Shown piece after piece: positions 43,436 to 53,546 of a DNA stretch of 64,000 bases. Both the position numbers and the translations under genes were made by a program. This stretch comes from Tolypothrix carrinoi HA7290-LM1 (GTDB taxonomy: Bacteria; Cyanobacteriota; Cyanobacteriia; Cyanobacteriales; Nostocaceae): the NCBI GenBank assembly GCA_019358935.1, contig JAHHIK010000026.1:14559-78558 (forward strand). Direction: 5' to 3'. The notes under the pieces were generated by a model that worked only from the letters and a program-made list of their open reading frames with translations, did no database searches and was not told the DNA's origin. Position 1 is the first letter of the stretch. Every line of letters starts with the position of its first letter.

Positions 43436-44191
43436 ATGCAACAAAAACCTTTCCGTTTAATCACAATTCCCGTCAGTCATTATTGCGAAAAAGCACGTTG
43501 GGCATTGACAAAACTAAAAGTTCCTTACGTCGAAGAAGCGCACATGCCGCCATTTTATCGACTTGCAACTAATCGTGTTGGCGGAAAATCTACTCCGGTT
43601 TTGGTGACGGAATCCGGCGTTTTTACCGATTCAACTGATATTTTACAATATCTAGATAAAATTGTCCCAGACAACGCCAAACTTTACCCCATAGACTTTG
43701 AATTGCGCCGACAAGTAGAAGAACTAGAAGATTTATTTGATGAGCAACTAGGACCAGCTACACGTCGTTGGGGTTACTTTTATACGATAAATGATTCCAA
43801 GTTTATCAAAAAAAGATGGACTCAGGGCGTTCCTTTTTTTGAAGAGGCATTATTTCCTGTCGTTTATCCTTTAATGCGTCCGCTTGTTCGCAAAGCTTTT
43901 AATATTAATTCCGAATCTGCTACACAAGCTTATGAACAAATTAACAGCGTTTTTGAGAAAGTAAATGAGTTGTTAGCAGATGGACGTAGTTATTTAGTTG
44001 GAGATAACTTTTCAGCCGCAGATATCACTTTTGCCGCGCTTGCTGCACCCGTGATATCGCCACCAGAACACCCGATAAAGCCGCGTCCTTTACAAGAGCT
44101 GCCCGATTCGTTTGCATCAAAAATTAGTGCCTTTAGAGAAACTCCAGCGGGTGCTTATGTGTTGCGTTTGTATCGCGATAGAAACAGTTAA
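43436..44191 (+). CDS. Glutathione S-transferase family protein
   Basis: SHYCEKARWAL, TPVL...DSTDIL, YLVGDNFSAADITFA. Confidence 0.92.
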   Translation: MQQKPFRLITIPVSHYCEKARWALTKLKVPYVEEAHMPPFYRLATNRVGGKSTPVLVTESGVFTDSTDILQYLDKIVPDNAKLYPIDFELRRQVEELEDLFDEQLGPATRRWGYFYTINDSKFIKKRWTQGVPFFEEALFPVVYPLMRPLVRKAFNINSESATQAYEQINSVFEKVNELLADGRSYLVGDNFSAADITFAALAAPVISPPEHPIKPRPLQELPDSFASKISAFRETPAGAYVLRLYRDRNS

Positions 44192-44218
44192 TTTTATTGT
44201 TTGAAATTGGAGGAATTC

Positions 44219-44252
44219 ATGATGTTGAAGTTTTATTATAATCCGCGATCGC
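44219..44252 (+). pseudogene. 5' stub of a probable second GST-like gene
   Basis: GGAGG RBS plus MMLKFYYNPRS, ending at a HIP1 site. Confidence 0.5.
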
Positions 44253-44372
44253 TATCGGCTGATATTTGAGCCAGCAAATGAACCAATACCCACCAAACCA
44301 GATGGTGGACTTGACTGGAAAAACGTGACTGCCGTTAAAATAATAGGCGTGGAGGATACCCATGAATCATGA
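44253..44372 (+). pseudogene. C-terminal remnant of a HigB-type toxin
   Basis: YRLIFEPANEPIPTKPDGGLDWKNVTAVKIIGVEDTHES*, overlapping the higA start. There is an in-frame stop at 44226 and no start codon. Confidence 0.82.
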
Positions 44373-45468
44373 GATCCAAAATCAGTACACGCCAGACTAC
44401 GTTTCTCCTCCAGGGGAGACTCTTCAAGAAATCCTTGAAGAGCGCGAGATGTCGCAGACAGAACTGGCGGAACGGACGGGTAGACCAAAAAAAACGATTA
44501 ACGAAATCATCAATGGTAAAGCAGCAATTACTCCAGAAACAGCATTACAACTAGAGAGAGTATTAGGTATCCCAGCTACTTTTTGGAACAACCGCGAACG
44601 ACAATACCAGGAAGCTTTAGCAAGAAAAGAAGAAGAAGAACGATTGCGTCTTCAAGTAACATGGCTCGACGATATTCCCGTTAAAGCCATGATTAAGTCT
44701 GGATGGATTCAGTGCTATCAAGACAAAGTTGAGCAACTGCGGGAAGTGCTGAATTTTTTCGCCGTCGCTTCCCCTGAACAATGGCAGGGAATATGGCGCA
44801 GCAGCCACGTATACTTTCGGAAATCTCAAGCATTTGAAAGTGACTTTGGTGATGTTGCTGCTTGGCTGCGTCGGGGAGAAATCGAAGCAGCTAAGATTCC
44901 TTGTGCAATCTATAATGCAAACAAATTTAGGGAGGTACTGCAACATATCCGTACTTTGAGTATGGAATTACCAGAGATTTTCCAGCCGGAAGTGGTGCGG
45001 TTGTGTGCTGAAGCTGGTGTGGCTGTGGTTTTTGTACCACAACTTCCCAAAACAAGAACTAGTGGAGCGACTCATTGGTTAAATCCTGACAAAGCGCTGA
45101 TTCAAATCAGCTTGCGCTACAAAACTAACGACCATCTGTGGTTTGCCTTTTTCCACGAAGCTGGTCATATTTTGCTGCATGGTAAGCGTGATTTCTTCCT
45201 TGAGGGGAAAGGTGTTGCATCTGTCGAGGATCGGGACAAGGAGCAAGAGGCAAACAAATTCGCAGAGGACATCCTTATTCCTCCTGCTGAGTTAAAGCGA
45301 TTTCTGGCATCAGGTAAACAACAAAGCAAAGCAGGTATTTTGGAGTTTGCAGCCCAAATCAGCATCGCTCCCGGAATTGTAGTTGGTAGACTTCAACACG
45401 ATGGAGTTTTACAAAACAGTCATTGTAATGACCTGAAACAACGATTTGAGTGGGCATCTGATGAATAA
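44362..45468 (+). CDS. higA: HigA-family antitoxin (Xre HTH) fused to an ImmA/IrrE M78 peptidase domain
   Basis: SPPGETL...MSQTELAER...INEIINGKAAITPETALQLE, and FFHEAGH (HExxH)...EQEANKFA. Confidence 0.92.
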   Translation: MNHEIQNQYTPDYVSPPGETLQEILEEREMSQTELAERTGRPKKTINEIINGKAAITPETALQLERVLGIPATFWNNRERQYQEALARKEEEERLRLQVTWLDDIPVKAMIKSGWIQCYQDKVEQLREVLNFFAVASPEQWQGIWRSSHVYFRKSQAFESDFGDVAAWLRRGEIEAAKIPCAIYNANKFREVLQHIRTLSMELPEIFQPEVVRLCAEAGVAVVFVPQLPKTRTSGATHWLNPDKALIQISLRYKTNDHLWFAFFHEAGHILLHGKRDFFLEGKGVASVEDRDKEQEANKFAEDILIPPAELKRFLASGKQQSKAGILEFAAQISIAPGIVVGRLQHDGVLQNSHCNDLKQRFEWASDE

Positions 45469-45702
45469 CTAATTTAATTATTCAATAGCTAAAAAGTATA
45501 GACATTCATGTCATTGGAAACTGAAAACAAAAAAATCTTTAGTTGAAAGGTGAGTTACACTAAAGCTTAACCGAACTTATCTCTACTATCCTTTTCAGCC
45601 AAAATGCTTGCCCTATAAAGAATAATTTATTACTCATATACATACATTCCCAGCAATTTATCTTTAACTAAATTAACTAAAATAGGAATTAAAAATTTAA
45701 CT

Positions 45703-47052
45703 ATGCAACAACAACCGATACAAGTGATTGGAGGTGGACTAGCGGGAACAGAAGCAGCGTGGCAAATAGCCTGTGCGGGAGTCCCGGTGATTTTTTGGGA
45801 AATGCGACCAAAACGCTTTAGTCCGGCACATCATACAGAACATTTAGCAGAGTTGGTGTGTAGTAATTCCTTTGGGGCAATGGCAAGCGATCGCGCTGCC
45901 GGTCTTTTGCATGAAGAATTGCGTCAACTCAATTCTATAGTCATTTCCAAAGCTGATGAACACGCCGTTCCCGCAGGTGGTGCGCTAGCTGTAGATAGAG
46001 GACAATTTAGCCAAGATTTAACCGAAACTTTAGCGAAACATCCTTTAATTGAATTTCGTCGCGGTGAAGTTACAGCGATTCCGGAGGGAATTGTCGTCTT
46101 AGCAACCGGTCCATTAACCAGTCCCGACTTAGCAGAAGATTTGCGACGCTTCAGCGGAATGGAATATCTCAGCTTTTTTGATGCCGCTAGCCCCATCATT
46201 GTGGGAGAATCGATTAATCGCGATATTGCTTTTATGGCATCGCGTTACGATAAAGGGGAAGCTGCTTACTTGAATTGCCCGATGAATAAAGAACAGTATT
46301 TGCGGTTTTGGGAAGAACTCCGCAAAGCTGAACAAACAGAATTAAAAGATTTTGAACGGGAAACGGCGAAGTTTTTTGAGGCTTGTTTGCCCATTGAAGA
46401 ACAGGCACGACGGGGTGAAGATACCATGCGTTACGGTCCGCTGAAGCCAGTAGGATTGAACCCCCCCTCTATCCCCCCCGCTTGCGGGGGGGACGAAAGG
46501 GGGGGTGGAGAACGTCCTTACGCGGTGGTGCAGTTGCGGCAAGAAGATAAAGCAGGTCAACTTTGGAATATGGTAGGATTTCAAACTAATCTGCGTTGGG
46601 GCGAACAAAAGCGCGTATTTCAGCTAATTCCCGGTTTGGAAAATGCCGAGTTTGTCCGTTTGGGTGTGATGCACCGCAACACGTTTATTAATGCACCGCA
46701 GTTGATGTCTGCAAGTTTGCAATTTAAACAGCGTCCAACATTACTTGCAGCAGGGCAGTTGATTGGTACTGAGGGCTATACAGCAGCATCTGCCGGTGGT
46801 TGGCTGGCGGGAACGAATGCAGCGCGGTTAGCGTTGGGTAAAGAAGCGTTGACGCTACCCAATACAACGATGATGGGGGCGTTGTTTGAGTTTATAAGTT
46901 CCGCTTCGCCAAAGCATTTTCAACCGATGCCGCCGAATTTTGGTATTCTACCAGAATTGGGTGAGAAAGTCAAGAGTAAACCAGAGCGTTACGGGCGTTA
47001 TCGCGATCGCTCTTTAGCTGACCTGGCTAGTTGGAAAGCTCATCAGTTATAG
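45703..47052 (+). CDS. trmFO: tRNA (uracil-54) methyltransferase TrmFO (Gid)
   Basis: [50 protein letters not shown]. Confidence 0.97.
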   Translation: MQQQPIQVIGGGLAGTEAAWQIACAGVPVIFWEMRPKRFSPAHHTEHLAELVCSNSFGAMASDRAAGLLHEELRQLNSIVISKADEHAVPAGGALAVDRGQFSQDLTETLAKHPLIEFRRGEVTAIPEGIVVLATGPLTSPDLAEDLRRFSGMEYLSFFDAASPIIVGESINRDIAFMASRYDKGEAAYLNCPMNKEQYLRFWEELRKAEQTELKDFERETAKFFEACLPIEEQARRGEDTMRYGPLKPVGLNPPSIPPACGGDERGGGERPYAVVQLRQEDKAGQLWNMVGFQTNLRWGEQKRVFQLIPGLENAEFVRLGVMHRNTFINAPQLMSASLQFKQRPTLLAAGQLIGTEGYTAASAGGWLAGTNAARLALGKEALTLPNTTMMGALFEFISSASPKHFQPMPPNFGILPELGEKVKSKPERYGRYRDRSLADLASWKAHQL

Positions 47053-47242
47053 GGCAATGGGTAATCGGTAATGGGTAATCGGTAATGGGTAATAGGTAAT
47101 AGGTAATCGGTAATGGAATCGGATAAATTCTTCCTTGTCCCCCTTGTCCCCCTTGTCCTCCTTGTCCCCCCTGTCCCCCCTGTCCCCCTCTCCCCCCTGT
47201 CCCCCCTGTCCCCCTTGTCCCCCCTGCCCCCCCTCTCCCCTC
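47052..47242. repeat. STRR plus 9-mer arrays
   Basis: GGTAAT(G/C/A) and TGTCCCCC(T) tandem repeats. Confidence 0.88.
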
Positions 47243-47306
47243 CATTGATACGGTGAGTCGGATTTTGGGAATACTCTTCATGGTGTTTGTGATTATCAAA
47301 AACAAC

Positions 47307-48476
47307 ATGAAAGTGCGATCGCTTCCAAAAAATCTGGTATTTTGCGGCATTTTATGTATATTCTTCGGATTAATGCCAGTATATGCAGCACCGACTGCAA
47401 ACATTGACACTTTGCGTATTCAGCAACAACAAGTTAAACAACAGCGTCAAAATGTTGTCAAAGAACGCGATCGCTTAACAAATCTTCAACAATCAGCACA
47501 ACAACGTCTCACTGGTTTAAAGCAAAATCTGCAAACCACTGACAGTCACATTACTGACAGCGAGTTGCGGTTAAAAGTTGCTAGTGAACGTCTTCAGGAA
47601 TTGCAAGCTGATTTAGGTGTAGCTGAACAGAATTATCAAAATAGACAAACAGCGACGATTGGGAGATTGCGCTTTCTGCAACGTTCCCCAGCATCTGTTG
47701 GATGGGCAGTTTTACTACAAAGTCAAAATATCAGCGATTTTCTTGACCGTCGTCGGCAATTAAAGTTAGTTTATCAAGCTGACCAGAAAATTTTAGCAAA
47801 ACTCACTCAACAAGCAAACCAGATAAACAAGCAGAAAACCGAAGTAGAAGAGCAAAAAAATGAAATTGCTTTGATTCATCAGCAGTTGCTAGCACAAAAA
47901 GCCGATTATCAAGGACAAGCAGAGTTACAGTCAGATTTGATTTTACGCTTAAATAGCGATCGCCTAGCTTTAGAAGCCGCGCAAAATCAACTTGATAAAG
48001 ATTCTCAAGCTTTAAGTGTTTTAATTCAACAAAAGATAGCCGAAGCGCAAAATAAAACTAACAGCCGCAACAGCATTCTTCTTCGGGGAACTGGTATAAT
48101 GGCTTTTCCTAGTGATGCTTCTACTAGCAGTCCTTTTGGTTGGCGAATGCATCCTGTTTTAGGATATCGCCGCTTTCATGCAGGTTTAGACTTTGCCGCT
48201 AGCTATGGCAGTACAATTCGCGCCGCAGATTCGGGAACGGTGATTATGGCTGGGTGGTATGGTGGTTATGGCAACGCACTCATTATCGACCACGGCAAAG
48301 GTATTACTACATTGTACGGTCATACGAGCCAATTGTTCGTTTCCGAAGGGCAAACAGTGCAGCGAGGACAAGCGATCGCTGCTGTTGGTTCCACCGGTTT
48401 ATCTACTGGTCCTCACCTCCACTTTGAAGTCCGCAGAGACGGTACACCCGTAGATCCCGCGAATTTTCTTTCTTAG
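47307..48476 (+). CDS. Coiled-coil plus M23 peptidase (EnvC/NlpD-like)
   Basis: Signal peptide, long coiled coil, HAGLD, YGH, STGPHLHFEVR. Confidence 0.93.
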   Translation: MKVRSLPKNLVFCGILCIFFGLMPVYAAPTANIDTLRIQQQQVKQQRQNVVKERDRLTNLQQSAQQRLTGLKQNLQTTDSHITDSELRLKVASERLQELQADLGVAEQNYQNRQTATIGRLRFLQRSPASVGWAVLLQSQNISDFLDRRRQLKLVYQADQKILAKLTQQANQINKQKTEVEEQKNEIALIHQQLLAQKADYQGQAELQSDLILRLNSDRLALEAAQNQLDKDSQALSVLIQQKIAEAQNKTNSRNSILLRGTGIMAFPSDASTSSPFGWRMHPVLGYRRFHAGLDFAASYGSTIRAADSGTVIMAGWYGGYGNALIIDHGKGITTLYGHTSQLFVSEGQTVQRGQAIAAVGSTGLSTGPHLHFEVRRDGTPVDPANFLS

Positions 48477-48543
48477 AGAAACCGGGTTTCTTAGAGAAAC
48501 CCGGTTTCTGTGCCAAAAGATATGTTATACTAGAGATAAATAT

Positions 48544-48616
48544 GGGCGCGTGGCTCAGTGGATAGAGCAACAGATTCCGGTTCTGTGGGTCGGGGGTTCA
48601 AATCCCTCCGCGCTCG
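48544..48616 (+). tRNA. tRNA-Arg(CCG)
   Basis: Acceptor GGGCGCG/CGCGCTC, D arm GCTC...GAGC, anticodon arm ACAGA-TTCCGGT-TCTGT, T loop GTTCAAATC. Confidence 0.96.
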
Positions 48617-48711
48617 TTATTTTTACAGCAATTAGAGCGATGCGCTCCGTCAACGCCTTCTCTTTTCTATAAGAGACTGCGCCAACGGCGATCGCCCTAA
48701 AAGCCGAATGT

Positions 48712-50349
48712 TTAGTGAAGGTCAAAAGTAACTTTGTACTTCTTGCCCGATTGAGGAACGTTGCGATTAACTAAATCTGAGACTGTCTTGGTATTTTCAA
48801 TTATTTCCAAACCCACAGGAGAAAAAGTGTCTTTATTGAAGATACTGGGTGATAGTAAAGGATTATTCAGCGCCTCAGAAAAGGCATCAATTCCAATTAA
48901 GCGTGCTACTAGGGGAGGGATAGTTGAATTTTTCCGCACCTCCTCGGCGTAGATTCCCACATAAAACTCAATATTATCAACATGACCATATAATTCTTTG
49001 AGTTTCTCTTGAGCAAATTCATCGCCGGTAATTTGCTCAAACTTGGTTACTCTGGGGAAACCGCACAATTCCCGATAATCGTTATAGCTTGCCAATTGCA
49101 ATTGCCGTCCCAATCTGATAGAGGGTAACTCAGTTAACTCAACCAATATATCAGGGGTGTTGAATAAACCAATTCTTGTACCTGGTTGGGAACAAGTTTC
49201 CTCCATCAATGCTCCCAAACCTTGATCGATGAACATCTTATTGTTCCACAAAGATGCAGCAATATGAGTTGGTTGACCGTTATAGTTAAAGGTATCCGGG
49301 ATTGCACTATGCCAGCGATAAACAAAATCAAATTCAATTGTCATCCAATTGGGACGATACCAACTTTCCTTCGTAAAAGCTTCCGGATCGGCAAACAACT
49401 TAAAGTGATAGGGAGTTATGTGGTTAATGTACTCTTCCATGATGATTTTGAGAATAATCGCCATGAGAATATTTCTTGAGGTTTGGAAGAGACGTTCATC
49501 ATCCCAATCTGGATAATTGCTTGCTAATTCATCACAAAGACGATTATGTTCCCGGATACATAGAGTATTGAGCATGACATAGCCAATTTGCACATTTGCT
49601 CGTTCTACTCCCATCGCAAACAAATATTGTTTTTTATCTGCGGACAGTCTTTTTTCATCATTGATGGGTTCATAAAGACCGTCAAATTGAGGGTCAACTA
49701 TACCCTGCGCTGCATCGGCATAATAAAACAAGGGATATTCTTCTTCTACACCATCTTGGCGCTTGAGTTTCTGAGTTTTGAATTTACCTCCTTGAAAGGT
49801 TCTTAAAAGATGTGTTCGTTTTCTGGTTAAACCATAAACATTACACAAATCAATTTCATGGTTGGAAGTATTTTTTAATTTCTTGTGGTTATTGTGATCG
49901 ATACGGAGAAAACTATCGGTAAACCACTGCACCCAATAGGGAAACAGCATAGTCGATTTAGGAGAATAAATCGTTTTACCATCTCTTTTACGGAATAAAA
50001 CAGCCAGGTCTTCAACTTTGGGTAGATTGCCCTCAGAGTTTAACTTTGGATCGGGTGGTAAATGTCGTCCGATATAAGTGCGATCGTTGAGTGATTCCCA
50101 GGAAGTGTAAGTATCAGTTTTCTTAGGAATTTTAGTATCAGGAATATACTCATCTAGAGTCATCATACTGTAGGGATTAGGACGAGTAGGAATTTTGTAG
50201 ATGAGACTATTGATCAGAGTTTTATTAACTTTATGTTTCAGAAATTCATTACTTTGGACAATTTCCCAAATCCCTTTAAAGTTCGTTAAAACGAATGTCT
50301 GAAGTTTGTTATCTAACCCGTCTTTAGATGTGTCTCTTTTGGCAGCCAT
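48712..50349 (-). CDS. Cyclooxygenase-like heme peroxidase / fatty-acid dioxygenase
   Basis: QWFTD, HEIDLCNVYG, REHNRLCD, WDDERLFQTSR, EFDFVYRWH (catalytic Tyr and proximal His), SYNDYR. Confidence 0.92.
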   Translation of the reverse strand: MAAKRDTSKDGLDNKLQTFVLTNFKGIWEIVQSNEFLKHKVNKTLINSLIYKIPTRPNPYSMMTLDEYIPDTKIPKKTDTYTSWESLNDRTYIGRHLPPDPKLNSEGNLPKVEDLAVLFRKRDGKTIYSPKSTMLFPYWVQWFTDSFLRIDHNNHKKLKNTSNHEIDLCNVYGLTRKRTHLLRTFQGGKFKTQKLKRQDGVEEEYPLFYYADAAQGIVDPQFDGLYEPINDEKRLSADKKQYLFAMGVERANVQIGYVMLNTLCIREHNRLCDELASNYPDWDDERLFQTSRNILMAIILKIIMEEYINHITPYHFKLFADPEAFTKESWYRPNWMTIEFDFVYRWHSAIPDTFNYNGQPTHIAASLWNNKMFIDQGLGALMEETCSQPGTRIGLFNTPDILVELTELPSIRLGRQLQLASYNDYRELCGFPRVTKFEQITGDEFAQEKLKELYGHVDNIEFYVGIYAEEVRKNSTIPPLVARLIGIDAFSEALNNPLLSPSIFNKDTFSPVGLEIIENTKTVSDLVNRNVPQSGKKYKVTFDLH

Positions 50350-50539
50350 TATTTTTTTACCTTTCTTTTTTCAAATTTTGTGTTGAACGCAAGCTAAATT
50401 TCTCTGCTTCAATTGCCCAAGTCATTCAAGCAATAGAATACTTTTTGTACTAAGGCTACTGACTTATCTGCATTGAGAAAACAAAGTGTACAAAAAAATC
50501 GTTTATTGAACTGCTTTCTCTAAATTAACTGTGAAGAGT

Positions 50540-51721
50540 TCAGACAGTTGGTTCCTGATATTTAACTCCTCGTTTTTCATGACGGGAATCAGCAACGATA
50601 GGATAAACGATGCTGCGTAACCGATTGATGGCACCGATAGGACGATGCACTGCTAGACCATTCCCAGGAGAAAAACGGAGATTTTCCCCAAAGTCATCTT
50701 CTTTAGGAGAGTGAACGTTCTGATGCTTAACTGTCAAACGACCAACTGTAAAGAAGGGTGCTTCCTCTTCATTCCAAGGAATGGTGGTATCATCAATCGA
50801 CATCTCTGGGCTAGTTTGAAATTGGATTTGAAAGTCCCAACTGTATTCAGCATCAGGCTTTGCTAGCGCTTGAATGATATCCTCTCGGTAGTAGTTGTCC
50901 TCTTTCCCTTCCTCTTTGGCACGCTGAAGCTCACTTTCTGGTCTGGACTCTAAAGGAAGTTGTTGATGAGGTGGTTGACTGGAAACCGGAGTAAATCCAT
51001 ATTTAATCACAGCCGGATATTCCACAGGAACTCGACCTGGTTTGTTGGGATCAAAATCAGGTTTCAGTCCCAAAGAATACGCTGAAGCACTCCAATAGCG
51101 TTCTATAAGCAAAGTCTTGGGAAACCGTTTGAAACTGGTTTCTAGAAGTGAGATTTCGTAGGGATGCAACTTTTTCCATAAAAGTATGAACGGTATAAGA
51201 AATGGAGACAGCTTTGCTCGATAAACCTGCAAAAAAAAGCCGTAGAAGTCTTTGATGGTTCTAATAAAAAAGAGTTCGGTATTGTGGACAATAATATCTT
51301 GGGTTTTTAGCTCGTGACTTTGCGGTAGTCGTTCTCCTTCTACCCCCATCACTTTTATAGCCATCGAGCGCGTATCTCCTTTATAATCATTCTCTACTGA
51401 AAAAGCGCCACTAGCAAATCTTAGCCAGACCGGATATTGTTTCGGTTTGGCAAATAAACCTTGTTTTAGGGAAATGGCAGAAAGTTGAGCTTCAGTTAAT
51501 GAGGTGCGTTTGCTCAATTCCTGCTTAATTGCTGCTTCATCAAAGTCAAAGATTTCTAAAGTTCCTTGAACAGCAGCGTGGGTTTTTGAGTGAGTATCTC
51601 TCTTTGCAGTTTTTTTCTTTTCACCTCCGTAAAGATTATCCATGTTCTTTTTGACTAGCTCACTCATGAGAGCGCAATATTTGCTTTCCTCTTTTTCTGG
51701 GTATTCGGTAAATAGTTTCAT
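50540..51721 (-). CDS. Catalase-related heme protein (hydroperoxide lyase / allene oxide synthase type)
   Basis: RDTHSKTH (distal His), WLRFA, DTRSMAIK, HRPIGAINRLRSIVY (proximal Tyr). Confidence 0.88.
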   Translation of the reverse strand: MKLFTEYPEKEESKYCALMSELVKKNMDNLYGGEKKKTAKRDTHSKTHAAVQGTLEIFDFDEAAIKQELSKRTSLTEAQLSAISLKQGLFAKPKQYPVWLRFASGAFSVENDYKGDTRSMAIKVMGVEGERLPQSHELKTQDIIVHNTELFFIRTIKDFYGFFLQVYRAKLSPFLIPFILLWKKLHPYEISLLETSFKRFPKTLLIERYWSASAYSLGLKPDFDPNKPGRVPVEYPAVIKYGFTPVSSQPPHQQLPLESRPESELQRAKEEGKEDNYYREDIIQALAKPDAEYSWDFQIQFQTSPEMSIDDTTIPWNEEEAPFFTVGRLTVKHQNVHSPKEDDFGENLRFSPGNGLAVHRPIGAINRLRSIVYPIVADSRHEKRGVKYQEPTV

Positions 51722-52007
51722 TTTGTTTTAAGTAGGATTAATTAATTGAGTTTATTCAAAGTTGCGTAGGCGTAGCCCGCCCTAGGCATCGCTTGAAAGC
51801 GGTTATTGTCCATTCATTCTCCAGGATTTTGTTAAAATTCCAGAAGTTTTGTTGACATAAGAGCGGTATTGTGAATAGCGTACACGGTTTCCTCAGCTTG
51901 TCCTCATACATCGTATTAATAGCAGATGTTTATTAAAAGTCAAAAAAGTCAAAATAATTTTTTACTTTTAGGTAAAAGACTCAGAAGCGATTCTCAAAAA
52001 CGACACG

Positions 52008-52943
52008 CTACGCGATCGCATCTGGTGACAATACCTTGAGTAATGGCGGAATGTAGCCTGTTGATAAGTCATGATCGGTGATGCTGTTTATCCCTTGTTC
52101 GCGTAGGTCTTTGATTATATCAATAAAGATTTCTTGCCATTTTTGCCACAAGTTTAACTTTTCAAAATCTAAGATTTCGCCATCTTGCGTTAAATATTTA
52201 ATTTGCCCAACATGATAAAACAAGAAAAGCGGTGCCCAAGTGGGAATTTTGGTCACTACATCATTGTTATTCACAAATCGGAATGTCTTAGATTTGAGTT
52301 GAGAATTATATAACTTTGCAAACTTCAAATCTCCAACTCGAGGTTGTCCATAGGTATAAACTCCACTTACTTCAAAGGGAAATTTGTCTAAGAAGATACA
52401 GCTAGCTGCGGCTAATACTGCTACAGCACCGCCTAAACTGTGTCCGGTAAACCACAGTGATTTAGGCGAATCCTTCATTTCTTTTTGGATGATGGCTTTA
52501 ATGCCTTCACCTTCCATCCTTCCTTGAGGATCTTTATAGGGTTGCCAAATATCATTTAAATACCTACAAAAACCCGTATGCAGGCAGATATGGTAATTGT
52601 CGGAAAAATCTTTATTCTTTAGCCGATTGAAGTTAATTTGCCAGTCAGATAATTCTTCACTTCCCCGAAAAGCGACGATAACTTTCTCTGTATCTGCCAC
52701 CAGAATTGCTTGGGCACTTTTGTTATTGAAGCAGTAAACGCGATCGCTATCAAATCCCTTAGCCGATGCTTCTTGCTTGACTCGCGATCGCCAGTCATCG
52801 TTATTTTCATCTTTACCTCCCAACTTTTCTACTTTTGCCCTTCTGTAACTTTCTACACAAAGTTGAGCTAACAGGTAAGCATTGTTAGCATCATAATTTG
52901 ATGCTTGGGAATTAAACGATGCAAAGGAAATAATATCATTCAC
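52008..52943 (-). CDS. Class 3 lipase
   Basis: VAFRGS, HTGF, TGHSLGGA, YTYGQPRVG, RFVNNNDVV. Confidence 0.93.
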   Translation of the reverse strand: MNDIISFASFNSQASNYDANNAYLLAQLCVESYRRAKVEKLGGKDENNDDWRSRVKQEASAKGFDSDRVYCFNNKSAQAILVADTEKVIVAFRGSEELSDWQINFNRLKNKDFSDNYHICLHTGFCRYLNDIWQPYKDPQGRMEGEGIKAIIQKEMKDSPKSLWFTGHSLGGAVAVLAAASCIFLDKFPFEVSGVYTYGQPRVGDLKFAKLYNSQLKSKTFRFVNNNDVVTKIPTWAPLFLFYHVGQIKYLTQDGEILDFEKLNLWQKWQEIFIDIIKDLREQGINSITDHDLSTGYIPPLLKVLSPDAIA

Positions 52944-52986
52944 AGCAAAACACCTAAAACATTTGAAATACTAGTATCGATGAAGA

Positions 52987-53151
52987 TATAGTAATCCTAA
53001 ATCATTGGTGAGAAAACAGTATAGTCATTAAGTTGGGCTAAGTCAAAAACTTTACAATGAATGGATAACTCGAATAATGCGTCGTATTTAGTCGCAAATA
53101 TTACTTTAACTCTCCTTTAGTATTTTCTCACCGATGATTCCGGATGCTATA
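52987..53151. mobile_element. MITE-like element
   Basis: Imperfect TIRs TATAGTAATCCTAAATCATTGGTGAGAAAA and TTTTCTCACCGATGATTCCGGATGCTATA. Confidence 0.7.
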
Positions 53152-53546
53152 GCTAAATCAACTTAAATTCTGTTGAATTGCTATTTGCTCAGACGAGCAA
53201 TAAAAAGAAAGATTCAGAACGTAGAAGTAAGCTTGTCTGAATGCAATTATAGAATCGACGTTTAAAAACGTGGGATTCAAACAAGGATGCTTTATACCTC
53301 GCTCTGCGCCTCTTCGGTATAATTATTATTTTTAAGTTGGCTTTATACTCATAATTTAAGTTTTTCTTAATACTTTTTTATCAGTGTCTCTGCCTTTATT
53401 TGTCTTTATTACTGTATATAATCAGTTAGAATTACTACCTAATTTAGGTTACTTTACTGATATATAGCTTCTCTCGACAATGTACGAAATGTTAAAATTG
53501 CAACTTACAATAAATTAATGGATGGAATAAAAAACAGGAGAAAATC

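Noticed and set aside
48544..53500. tRNA-Arg as the attachment site of an integrated island
   Set aside because: No integrase and no duplicated tRNA 3' end were found, and the lipase gene carries several HIP1 sites like native DNA.
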